Virus record (IMG/VR): IMGVR_UViG_3300033417_000002
Span: 1 to 64,000 of that record
Length of the DNA: 64,000 bases
Origin: a virus
Reading direction: 5' to 3' (one strand)
Program-made: the position numbers and the translations under genes
The notes under the pieces: generated by a model
What the model was told of the DNA's origin: nothing
What the model saw: the letters and a program-made list of their open reading frames with translations, nothing else
Databases searched by the model: none
In this document: positions 1 to 8,138 of the stretch, piece by piece
Layout of the letters: each line of letters begins with the position of its first letter
How positions within the stretch are numbered: position 1 is the stretch's first letter

Positions 1-45
1 AGGTTTCGTTTTGAATTCCATCTGTTTCACCTTTGTACCTCCAGG

Positions 46-684
46 TTACCGTACCGGCGTCGCCACCGGCGTTTGCGGATTCCACGTTTCCGGGTCCAGG
101 GTCGGCGCGGCCGTCACGCGGGCCGCGTTTTGTGTAGCCAGTACGACGATGTCTACTGTTGGGGTGGGTGGGCCTTCGCTCGGATTCAGCACCGTCCACG
201 TCGGTGTAGCATCTGCCCCCAACGTCGGCCAGACACCCGTTACCGTAGGCACGGCCGTCTCGTTCCCTGGAACGGCCGTGGGTGACTCATGCACCGGCGT
301 TTCATCCTGAACATACAGTGGGGTGGGGGTAGCGTCCGGATCCGGAGGTTCTGGCGTCTCGTCCAGGCCGTCCTTGTACAGAGCGAACCCGCGCTGTGCG
401 ATACCGACCATGGTATTCGTGAAACGAACCATCTCGTCCTCAGATTCAACCATCAGATCGGTCGTGCTTCTGAGCAGCGCCACCGGATAGGCCGGAATCG
501 CGATCAAAAGTGCCCCCAAAACAGTCGCAACATAAGCCAGGGTCGGTACTCTGTCTGAATTATTCCGGGCCTGCAGTCCGGACCGGGCGCCCAGAAACAA
601 CAGGAACAGACCAACTCCGACGATGGCCGCGGCGATTAGGAAAAATAATCCGTAGCCGCCCGCGTTAATAAGTTTTACGTCCAT
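46..684 (-). CDS. membrane protein with Pro/Thr-rich C-terminal region
   Basis: ORF 46..783 trimmed to ATG at 684 with GGAGG upstream; two hydrophobic helices (GYGLFFLIAAAIVGVGLFLLFL; LAYVATVLGALLIAIPAYPVALL), then TPEPPDPDATPTP-type low complexity. Confidence 0.55.
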   Translation of the reverse strand: MDVKLINAGGYGLFFLIAAAIVGVGLFLLFLGARSGLQARNNSDRVPTLAYVATVLGALLIAIPAYPVALLRSTTDLMVESEDEMVRFTNTMVGIAQRGFALYKDGLDETPEPPDPDATPTPLYVQDETPVHESPTAVPGNETAVPTVTGVWPTLGADATPTWTVLNPSEGPPTPTVDIVVLATQNAARVTAAPTLDPETWNPQTPVATPVR

Positions 685-698
685 AATCGCCTCCAAAC

Positions 699-959
699 TT
701 ATGACGGTCGTTCCGTGACGAACGGCCGTCTTTCCAAACTCCAGAAAACTCTCACGTTCGGCTCCGGGGCAACAAACCTGCAAGGATTGCCGCTATCATC
801 GAACATATAGCCACCACCGCGATCTATTAACTCGTAAACGACGGTCTGTATATCATCGCCGTGATAGACATCCACTGGCTCGCCAGCCTCAAGTGGCTCA
901 CCGTTGTGGTTGTCTTCTCTCCAATCAGGTCGAATATATAATTTGTTAGTAGCGCTCAT
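699..959 (-). CDS. hypothetical protein (86 aa)
   Basis: ORF with AAGGAG RBS just upstream of ATG 959; no recognisable motif. Confidence 0.5.
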   Translation of the reverse strand: MSATNKLYIRPDWREDNHNGEPLEAGEPVDVYHGDDIQTVVYELIDRGGGYMFDDSGNPCRFVAPEPNVRVFWSLERRPFVTERPS

Positions 960-975
960 TGAATCTCCTTCGCCT

Positions 976-1013
976 AAAAACCAAAAAGCCCTCCGAGCAT
1001 TGCACGGAGGGCT
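976..1013 (-). terminator. rho-independent terminator after the RHH gene
   Basis: Minus-strand hairpin AGCCCTCCG-N9-CGGAGGGCT (987-1013) followed by TTTTTGGTTTTT (976-986). Confidence 0.6.
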
Positions 1014-1114
1014 AAATACGCCTATTATTATGTTAGCTGGGCCGCTCCCGTGCGAGTCGGTCCAGTTAGATGGTGGGGTGGTGGTTGCAACACCGCCTCA
1101 CCATTGCCAGTTTG

Positions 1115-1342
1115 TTACAGAATTACTATAAGTCTGTCCTCTTTTCCCGATTCCCTGATCAATATCTCAGCGCCGCGAGTCTGAGCTTCCTTTACGAGTA
1201 ACCCCAGGCTAATGAATCGTCGCACCACGTCAACGACAGGACGACCCTCGGACTTGGCGATCTCTTCCAGGTCGTCAAATGTTTCCTGCGGCATCGTCAT
1301 ATTGAATCGTTTTGAATCGCTCACGCTCAATCCCTCATACAT
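1115..1342 (-). CDS. ribbon-helix-helix (CopG/Arc-like) DNA-binding protein
   Basis: C-terminal part of ORF 1115..1552; RFNMTMPQETFDDLEEIAKSEGRPVVDVVRRFISLGL fits the beta-strand plus two-helix RHH pattern; start uncertain (ATG 1342, GTG 1324 with GAGGGA RBS, or ATG 1300). Confidence 0.6.
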   Translation of the reverse strand: MYEGLSVSDSKRFNMTMPQETFDDLEEIAKSEGRPVVDVVRRFISLGLLVKEAQTRGAEILIRESGKEDRLIVIL

Positions 1343-1355
1343 CGAATATACAACT

Positions 1356-1420
1356 ATTATGCACATTCGCGGCGCATTGTCAATCGTTTGACCAAAATTG
1401 GTCGGCGATTGACAATGCGC
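1356..1420 (-). promoter_or_regulatory. sigma70-like promoter inside a nested 49-bp palindromic operator
   Basis: Minus-strand TTGACA (1378-1383), 16 nt, CATAAT (1356-1361); arms GCGCATTGTCAATCG (1372-1386) and CGATTGACAATGCGC (1406-1420) with inner GACCAA-AA-TTGGTC (1390-1403). Confidence 0.55.
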
Positions 1421-1606
1421 CATGGTGGGCGGTCGGGGCTGCGCCGTCGCTATACGGCCGTCTACTTGTTCGTATAGCAGTGCAGGGTGAAACGCCAGAA
1501 CGCCGGCAAACGGCCGTTCCTGCGGGTATCCAGAAACGAGCGCCTGTGGCACGGCCGTTCTAATAGCGGGTTATTTCCGTCAAATTACCGGGGTGGGGGG
1601 ATAGGC

Positions 1607-1640
1607 AGAAAAAGGCCGCCCGCAAGGGTGGGGGCGGCCT
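1607..1640 (-). terminator. rho-independent terminator downstream of integrase
   Basis: Minus-strand hairpin AGGCCGCCC-N10-GGGCGGCCT (1613-1640) followed by a short U run (1607-1612). Confidence 0.5.
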
Positions 1641-1813
1641 TTCGGAAGAGGGTGGGCGCTAAGCGCAAAATCATCTCGCGTCTCAGGCCAGCACCGTCCA
1701 GCCTGAGCATCACGTAAATTTTACCAGATCGTTGGGTTACGCCAACTTTTGCAAATTGACACTTTTACGCGGGGTAGGCGTCCCTCAGAAGCCTTCCAGA
1801 CTATTTAAAAGCC

Positions 1814-1847
1814 CATACTTAATTAAAGTAGAGTTTTATTAAGTATG
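1814..1847. repeat. 10-bp perfect inverted repeat in an AT-rich patch next to the int stop codon (att or arm-site candidate)
   Basis: CATACTTAAT (1814-1823) and ATTAAGTATG (1838-1847) separated by 14 bp; local AT-rich DNA in a GC-rich genome. Confidence 0.35.
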
Positions 1848-1853
1848 AATTGG

Positions 1854-2789
1854 TCAGGAGTTCAGCCTGGAAAGATGCCTCAGCATGTCGTCTTCATCGG
1901 TGATCGGAGCGTAGAAGGCCCTGGTCGTCCCGATGTCCTTGTGGTTAAGGAACTGCTGGATCACATGAAGCGGCATGTCCTGGCGCAGCATCATGATCGC
2001 CCGGTAATGCCGGATGTCATGCGGCGTCAAACGCTCGTCCAATCCCGTGGCCGCCATTGCGTTCTTGATGGCCAGGTGCAGGGATGTGTCGCTGAGCCGC
2101 TTGCCGCTTGAGTTGCGCGAATGAGACACAAACAAAGCCGAGCCGCGGTCGGTGCGTTCAGCCAGGTAAGCGAGGATGGCCGGGATTGCCCGGCTTTCAG
2201 GATAGCCAAAGCGCAGCGTATGCGGCCGGTTGCCCTTGCCGGTCACCACGGCCGTTTTCGTGTCATGGCTAATGTGCGACCTATCCAGCCGCCGGGCCTC
2301 GCCAATGCGGCAGGCCGTTTCGTAGAGCGTCCAGAAGATGGCAATATTACGTAAAGCTGACAGACGCACGTTGTAATCGCCCCTTCTTTCGTCTGGGATC
2401 GGGTAATTCTCTAAGTATTCGACCAAGCGCGGCATCTCCCGCTTGCGCAGGTCGTCAAGCTGGACGACGTTCATGTGCGAGTAGGATCGCGGCCCGTTGC
2501 GGACCTCGTAGCGGACACGGGTCATATTCACGGCCGTCCCCTCTCCCATCACGTCCATGAATTCCAGGAACCCGGCAATGCCGGCCATGTAGGTGCTGAC
2601 AGTCGGCGGCGTGGTGGTGTCCACCAGGTAGCTGTGGAATCCGATCACCCCCTCGGTGGTAAGCGGCTCTACCCCCTCCCCTTCCGCCCAGGCCAGCCAT
2701 GAGGTAACGGCCGTGCGATAAGTGGATGCGGTTTTTTTGCTTTTTTTTGACTTCGCCTTTAGGAACGCCTCGATATGAGATTTCAACAT
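1854..2789 (-). CDS. int: tyrosine recombinase / phage integrase
   Basis: 311 aa; N-terminal SAM-like core-binding region; C-terminal catalytic signature ACRIGEARRL ... HDIRHYRAIMML ... LNHKDIGTTRAFY (R, HxxR, Y). Confidence 0.9.
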   Translation of the reverse strand: MLKSHIEAFLKAKSKKSKKTASTYRTAVTSWLAWAEGEGVEPLTTEGVIGFHSYLVDTTTPPTVSTYMAGIAGFLEFMDVMGEGTAVNMTRVRYEVRNGPRSYSHMNVVQLDDLRKREMPRLVEYLENYPIPDERRGDYNVRLSALRNIAIFWTLYETACRIGEARRLDRSHISHDTKTAVVTGKGNRPHTLRFGYPESRAIPAILAYLAERTDRGSALFVSHSRNSSGKRLSDTSLHLAIKNAMAATGLDERLTPHDIRHYRAIMMLRQDMPLHVIQQFLNHKDIGTTRAFYAPITDEDDMLRHLSRLNS

Positions 2790-2978
2790 TTGACCATACT
2801 CCTTTCACGGCCGTCTGAGAAACGGCCGTTTTTGACCATAGTTAAGATAATAACAGAATCAACGACCGTTGACCAGAGCGACATAGCGGGGTAAATACAC
2901 CGATTAACGGCCGTACGGCAGCGAAAAGGCCCAGCGGAGGGGAGCCGCCGGGCCTTTTCTGGGAACGGGAGGGGCAAA

Positions 2979-5528
2979 TTAAAAGGCGTTGTAGATGCCG
3001 TACTCCAACCAGCCTTCTTGATTGGAATCGCCGGATGGATACCACGATGCAGTAAACGAGTAGGCGGCCTGAACGCCGGGCACGGCCGCCAACCGATCAT
3101 AGAATTTATGGTAGACGGCCGCTTTGTAGGCAGCCGGGGCCGGGCGGTTGACTGAGAACTCGGTAATGCAGAGCGGCCGTTTCAAGGCGTAGCGTTTCCT
3201 GAACTCCATCACCTCGTCAGCCATCTGGTCAACGGCCGTCGTTTCGTTGTCTACGATGCCGGTGTAAACATGCTCGCAGACTCCAAAGATGTAATCAAAT
3301 GCGCCCACCGACACGGCCGCGTCGATGAAAGCGTATTGTGCCCCGAAGCCTGGGGACATGCCCGGAAACCACAAGCGGATGCCGGGGAACTGCGCTTTGT
3401 AGCGGGCGCAAAGATCTTTGAACGCCGCGCCAAACTCCGCGCCGTTGCTCCAGCGGACGCCCATGCCCTCTAGGTTTGGCTCGTTCAACACCTCGAAGTC
3501 GCGTACACCCATGCTGAACCACTGTGCTACATTGCCCACTGTTTCCTTATATATGTCGCCGTTGAAGTCGGGAGCTACCAGGATGCGAGCCAGGTTGAAA
3601 ACGGGATGCTTGTATTGGGAGAACCATTGGTGATTAGTTCCCCCCGCGTGGAACTTGGGAGCGAGCTTGGTTGTATCAAAGACCTTCTTTGCTTCCGGCC
3701 AGCGCCAATCTGAGGCGGGACCATCCACTCCGGCGACAAATGATACCTGGGGGCCGGTGTAGGTGTCTTGGGGCGGCTGCGCTTCCGGGAACAACTCAGG
3801 CGCTAACGGCCGTAACCACGGCGTCGGATCAACAATTTCGTACGGCCAGCCCGCCTGCCCCGCCGGGTGTTTCATCGTCAGGTGCAGGTGGCTGCCACTG
3901 CTGTTGCCGGTGCTGTCAGCCAGCCCGATCAACTGCCCGCCGGCGACAACCTGACCCACAGTAACACTGGCGCTCTTGAGATGAGCGTAGACGGTCTTGT
4001 AGCCCCCGACATGTTCGATCCGGACGTGGATGCCGTAGTTGCCGGCCGATGGATTCGTTTCCACGACGTAGACCTTCCCCGGCGCGGCGGCAAATACCTT
4101 CGTGCTGTCATAGGCCCGGATGTCGATGCCCTCGTGACCGGGCAGCCCGAATTGGGTGTAGTAGCCTGGATTGGCCCCGAAGTGCTGATTGATGATCTTG
4201 TACTGCGTAGGCCAGTGTGTCAGGCTAAATGCTGCCGGGGCGGCAGGCGTATTCTCAAACTGCACGGCCGTGCCCAGATAATGTTCCGCGTACCAGTCCA
4301 GAAACTCGGCATGTTTCTCCAGGGCGATGCCGTAGAGCACGGCCGTTTTGTTATCCAGCGCCCCAATGCCACCATCGTCATGACTGAAGCCCACACTGCG
4401 CCGGCCGGCGTAGGCCGCCTTACAGATAGCCAACCAATCTTCAAGGCTGGAATCTTGCGGGGCTACGAACATCACGCGGCTGTACTGAACGCGGGGCAGG
4501 CCAAAGCCCGGCTCTGGGTCAGGATCCGGGGGCAGCGGCTCGACCGGCGCCACTTCATAGGTTTTGGTCAAAAGTGCATTCCAGAGCGGCACGACCAGCG
4601 CCTGCGTTTGTTTGTGAACTTCTCCAAAGCCAGCCCCCAAATACCACACGGCCGCGCCCTTGACGTTGGAGTAACGACCGTACAATTTACCCACCTCCAG
4701 TACATCTAAAATCGCCTTCTCGGGAGCCGGTACATTGCGCTCTGCCCATCCCCATTCGGTAATCATGATGGTCGGATAGGGAGAGATGCCAAACTCATCA
4801 CAGGCGGAGATTAGCCGGGTAAAGCGGCCAATTAAATCGTATTTGTAGACGCCGGGGGCGGTTAGGGTACGGCCGTTCCAAATATCGTCAACCGTCCAAC
4901 TGTACTCATGCAGGGCAACGGCCACCTTGTCGGGATTGGCCGCGCACAGGCGCAGGAATTCCACCATCTTCGGCCCGCGCCAATGCTCCGGTTCCGGGTT
5001 GCCGCCTGCCCAGCCAAAGGCCGCCCAGCGGTAGCCGTCGGCCATGGCCATGCGGGCCGTTTCAATGGCGAACGAGGCCAGCCACTCGGTAACGCCGGGC
5101 GAGTCCTTGTCCGGTTCGTTGATGGTCTCTACCCAGACCAGATCGCGGTTGTCCCTGACCTCCACCGGAAACAGCGCCTTGTGATAGGCCCAATGTTGGG
5201 CGGCCGCTTCGTAGGGGGATTTGTCATAGCTTGGAACATTGGGGTCCACAATCCCATCCGGCAGGCGCACGCTCCGCCGGTAAACGATGCTGTGAATATT
5301 GGCCTTGCCCGCGTCCACTCGCGCCCGCGCTATCTGAATGGCGTCAAATAGCGAACCATCGGCCGTTTTGGCCATGAAGGGAATGTCGGCCGCGTCCAGG
5401 GCCGTATACATTTCTTTGGGCACGCCAAAGCCGCCGCTGCCGGTGTGGAATCCGTTAATCCTCAAGCGAACGGGGACGGCTGTTCCGCCGAATAGTTGTT
5501 TGAATGAATCCAGTAAGTTTTTGAACAT
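2979..5528 (-). CDS. multidomain endolysin (GH-A-like, M23 peptidase, GH-A-like)
   Basis: 849 aa; central LytM/M23 signature (GHEGIDI ... GNSSGSHLHLTM) flanked by two TIM-barrel-like modules with NEP acid/base and TE(W/F) nucleophile motifs (ETINEPD + ITEWGW; VLNEPN + ITEFSV); lies in the lysis cassette. Confidence 0.8.
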   Translation of the reverse strand: MFKNLLDSFKQLFGGTAVPVRLRINGFHTGSGGFGVPKEMYTALDAADIPFMAKTADGSLFDAIQIARARVDAGKANIHSIVYRRSVRLPDGIVDPNVPSYDKSPYEAAAQHWAYHKALFPVEVRDNRDLVWVETINEPDKDSPGVTEWLASFAIETARMAMADGYRWAAFGWAGGNPEPEHWRGPKMVEFLRLCAANPDKVAVALHEYSWTVDDIWNGRTLTAPGVYKYDLIGRFTRLISACDEFGISPYPTIMITEWGWAERNVPAPEKAILDVLEVGKLYGRYSNVKGAAVWYLGAGFGEVHKQTQALVVPLWNALLTKTYEVAPVEPLPPDPDPEPGFGLPRVQYSRVMFVAPQDSSLEDWLAICKAAYAGRRSVGFSHDDGGIGALDNKTAVLYGIALEKHAEFLDWYAEHYLGTAVQFENTPAAPAAFSLTHWPTQYKIINQHFGANPGYYTQFGLPGHEGIDIRAYDSTKVFAAAPGKVYVVETNPSAGNYGIHVRIEHVGGYKTVYAHLKSASVTVGQVVAGGQLIGLADSTGNSSGSHLHLTMKHPAGQAGWPYEIVDPTPWLRPLAPELFPEAQPPQDTYTGPQVSFVAGVDGPASDWRWPEAKKVFDTTKLAPKFHAGGTNHQWFSQYKHPVFNLARILVAPDFNGDIYKETVGNVAQWFSMGVRDFEVLNEPNLEGMGVRWSNGAEFGAAFKDLCARYKAQFPGIRLWFPGMSPGFGAQYAFIDAAVSVGAFDYIFGVCEHVYTGIVDNETTAVDQMADEVMEFRKRYALKRPLCITEFSVNRPAPAAYKAAVYHKFYDRLAAVPGVQAAYSFTASWYPSGDSNQEGWLEYGIYNAF

Positions 5529-5533
5529 TGTTC

Positions 5534-5941
5534 CTACCTACCTTCAGGACACCAGCGCCGCCAATTGATGCTGGGTCTGAGGTTTTCCAGCAGACTGACC
5601 AACTCGCACGTACGGCCGTGCCGGTCAATAAATAAGCAGAACTGGAGCGACCTGTCGCTGTGGCCGTCGCCGCCGATGTCTTCAAGATTTGTGTTCATCA
5701 GGAATGCGAGCTGCCGCAGTTCCGCTTCGTTGAAACGGCCGGCGATGGCCATGTGTAAATGTTTGTTGGGAGACAACGGTCCGCTGTCCCCCTTTTCGAT
5801 TCGCAGCCGCTCCTCCAGGTAATCCAGCCGTTCGATGATTTCCTGAAATACCCGCTCGTCACGTTCATTTAACGTACCGCTGCCATACTGCTGCTCGATC
5901 CGCTCAATTCGACCAACGACTTCCTGGAGCTTTCGCGCCAA
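5534..5941 (-). CDS. coiled-coil protein with effector-associated-domain-like C-terminus
   Basis: TTG start in ORF track; heptad-rich N-terminus; C-terminal FNEAELRQLAFLMNTNLEDIGGDG...IDRHGRTCELVSLLENLRP resembles death-like EAD adaptor modules. Confidence 0.55.
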   Translation of the reverse strand: MARKLQEVVGRIERIEQQYGSGTLNERDERVFQEIIERLDYLEERLRIEKGDSGPLSPNKHLHMAIAGRFNEAELRQLAFLMNTNLEDIGGDGHSDRSLQFCLFIDRHGRTCELVSLLENLRPSINWRRWCPEGR

Positions 5942-6081
5942 GCGGGTTTGTCTTCCCCCAGGGTCTTGACCTCCCTCCCCAGGCCGGCCGCTAATGTGTT
6001 GATTAAGTCCTCAAACCGCTGGTTTGTTTTCTGCTGCTCAGCGAAAATCAGTTCTAAAAGGGTTGTGTCGTTGTCGCTCAT
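5869..6081 (-). CDS. hypothetical coiled-coil protein (possible upstream half of a frameshifted gene)
   Basis: ATG 6081 (MSDNDTTLLELIF...); overlaps 5534..5941 by 73 nt; the downstream frame is reached by a -1 shift at a G5 run (5955-5959). Confidence 0.45.
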   Translation of the reverse strand: MSDNDTTLLELIFAEQQKTNQRFEDLINTLAAGLGREVKTLGEDKPAWRESSRKSLVELSGSSSSMAAVR

Positions 6082-6091
6082 GTTCCTATAC

Positions 6092-7216
6092 TCATGTTTG
6101 TCTTGGTAAATAAATGGCAAACGTCGAACCACGGCCCAGTTCGGATCGTTCCAATACGGCCCGGCCGCCGTGAGCCTCAGCCACGTGGCGGACCATGTAA
6201 AGGCCGTAGCCGGCTCCTTCGTTCCTGCGGGTCATCATATTGTCGAAAATCTGGACGCCGGGATGCCAGATGCGCTGGTAATCGTCGGGGTGGATGCCGA
6301 TGCCGTCGTCGGTGACGGAAATCACAAGGTTGCCGTTAACCGGCCGGCATTCGACGTGGACATGACCGCCCCCGTCGCAGGCCTTGAGCGCATTGCGGAC
6401 CAGTTCCATCACGGCCGTTTGCAGCTTGAACAAATCAGCCTCGATGATCGTAGGTGCGCATCCCGACGTAAAGGTCACGTCGCCGGGCTGCTTGCGCGTG
6501 GCCACGTGTAAATCCGGGTTGTCCAGGACGCTGGCAACAATCTGGCTCAAATCAACCGGCTCCAGGCTCGGCCGCCGCAGCAGTGTATCGGAGAAGCGCT
6601 TCATATTGCGGAAACGGCCGGCGCTGCGAATGATGCCCTCGGCGTGCTGCTGCGCTTTTTCCAGAGTGTCGGCTTCCATAAGCATGGCCGCGTAGCCGGT
6701 GAGGAGTGTCAGCGGTGTGTTGATTTCGTGCAGGGCCACCGAAACAAAGTCTTCTTTCTCCCGGACGATGGCCTCTTTCTCGGCGAGCAGCGCTTCCCGC
6801 TCCCGCATATGCTCCTCGCGTTCCTGCTGGCGATCCTCCTCCATGCTCAGCATACGAATTCTCGCCGTGTCTCGCTCCCGCTCCAGCCTCCCGACGTAGA
6901 AGATACTAATTGAGGTCAGCAGGGCGCCCATACCAGACAAGAGGAAAAACGGCCGTATTTCGGCCGATGCGATCCCGTATCCGGGGAACCAGGGCACCGT
7001 CAGGCGGGCATATTGCACCGAGAGGGTCATGCACGTGACGCCAACCATGAGAAGGGACAGGGATAACCACGCCGGGCGCTTGTAGCGCCTGTGGCTGTCA
7101 AGAGCAGCGACGACGAAGATAACTCCAGCCAATGCGTAAACCAGGAAGGTCGCATATAGGATCGCGTTCGGCGGGGAGATCTGGAAGAATCCGAAAGAAA
7201 GCGAAATATTCGTCAT
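6092..7216 (-). CDS. membrane sensor histidine kinase
   Basis: 374 aa; about 4 N-terminal TM helices, coiled coil, H-box ALHEINTPLTLLTGYAAML, N-box ELVRNALKA, G1 DDGIGI, G2 GAGYGLYMV. Confidence 0.85.
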   Translation of the reverse strand: MTNISLSFGFFQISPPNAILYATFLVYALAGVIFVVAALDSHRRYKRPAWLSLSLLMVGVTCMTLSVQYARLTVPWFPGYGIASAEIRPFFLLSGMGALLTSISIFYVGRLERERDTARIRMLSMEEDRQQEREEHMREREALLAEKEAIVREKEDFVSVALHEINTPLTLLTGYAAMLMEADTLEKAQQHAEGIIRSAGRFRNMKRFSDTLLRRPSLEPVDLSQIVASVLDNPDLHVATRKQPGDVTFTSGCAPTIIEADLFKLQTAVMELVRNALKACDGGGHVHVECRPVNGNLVISVTDDGIGIHPDDYQRIWHPGVQIFDNMMTRRNEGAGYGLYMVRHVAEAHGGRAVLERSELGRGSTFAIYLPRQT

Positions 7217-7281
7217 CGTATTTTGGATTGATGCAGGGCGTCTATCCCTGCATCAATCCAGGTGTGAGGGCTGAACGGCCG

Positions 7282-7635
7282 TTACCGGCGGAACCAGCCG
7301 GCCGCCTTCTGGAACTGGTATACGCCGCTGGATGATGTAGCCGTAATCCAGATCATCACAATCACCTTCACGGCCGTTGCCCAGTTGACGAATAGCTCAG
7401 GCGTAATCTGGCCTGACACCGCGGCCGCCATCACGCCCATTAGGCCGGTGACAACCCAGGACGCAATGCGCGCGCCGTTCTCGTCCAGTTTCAGCAGCTG
7501 CTTCAATAGGCCAACGACACCAACAGTCCCGCCGGCGGCCGCGGCAATGATCAGCAGAGTCTCTACGATGGTAACAAGGTCTCCCCACCAAGGGGCGTTG
7601 ACTTGTAACCACAAAGCTAAAAGGTAAACGTTCAT
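7282..7635 (-). CDS. putative holin (3 TM)
   Basis: 117 aa with three hydrophobic helices and a basic C-terminus (GWFRR); first gene of the lysis cassette after the tail fibres. Confidence 0.5.
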   Translation of the reverse strand: MNVYLLALWLQVNAPWWGDLVTIVETLLIIAAAAGGTVGVVGLLKQLLKLDENGARIASWVVTGLMGVMAAAVSGQITPELFVNWATAVKVIVMIWITATSSSGVYQFQKAAGWFRR

Positions 7636-7691
7636 TGTTTTATTTCCTCCAAAAACTATTATTTGGGTTCCTTAACCCTTGTTACAAAAAA

Positions 7692-8126
7692 TTAACTTTC
7701 AATCAAAAACCACAACATACGAATCAGCTGCCGTGGAATCGGCGTCGTGGCCGAACCTATATCGTCAAGCGTTAACTTCTCTGACAGGTCGGCCGTCAAT
7801 TCGTGCGCCAGGGCCGGCTCGATATCCGCCGAAGCAGCCGTGAACTGTGCGGCCGTTTTCAGGGCGAACATGCCGTGTTCCTCAGCGCCATGCCGCACGA
7901 TCGTCTTGTTCCACTGCTTTAGCAGCGGGCCACGATCAACGTCCAGCCGGCGCAGGATTCTGTCAACCTTGATGGACACATCAGCGGGAAATTCCGTGGC
8001 GTCGAGTTTCTGAAGCATCCCCTCGGCCTTGAACAGGTCTCCGAATGTGGCTGCTTTCACCTGGCCATCATCAGCCGGCGCTACGGCCGTTACTGCTGTT
8101 CCGTTGTTGTTTTTTGTTTTGGTCAT
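7692..8126 (-). CDS. hypothetical protein (144 aa)
   Basis: ORF directly downstream of the tail fibre gene; no recognisable motif. Confidence 0.5.
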   Translation of the reverse strand: MTKTKNNNGTAVTAVAPADDGQVKAATFGDLFKAEGMLQKLDATEFPADVSIKVDRILRRLDVDRGPLLKQWNKTIVRHGAEEHGMFALKTAAQFTAASADIEPALAHELTADLSEKLTLDDIGSATTPIPRQLIRMLWFLIES

Positions 8127-8138
8127 AATAATTACACC

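Noticed and set aside
1343-1552. N-terminal 70 codons of track ORF 1115..1552.
   Set aside because: This stretch runs through the promoter and palindromic operator and has no protein-like character. Only the C-terminal RHH part looks coding.
3867-4709. Long plus-strand ORFs antisense to recognisable minus-strand genes. This one is antisense to the endolysin; others include 12123..12785, 17688..18293, 27912..28499, 32671..33381, 35618..36124 and 46108..46731.
   Set aside because: They fully overlap minus-strand genes that have clear protein motifs. Their products are Arg/Gly/His/Pro-rich low complexity, typical of shadow frames in GC-rich DNA. They lack RBS-like sequences.
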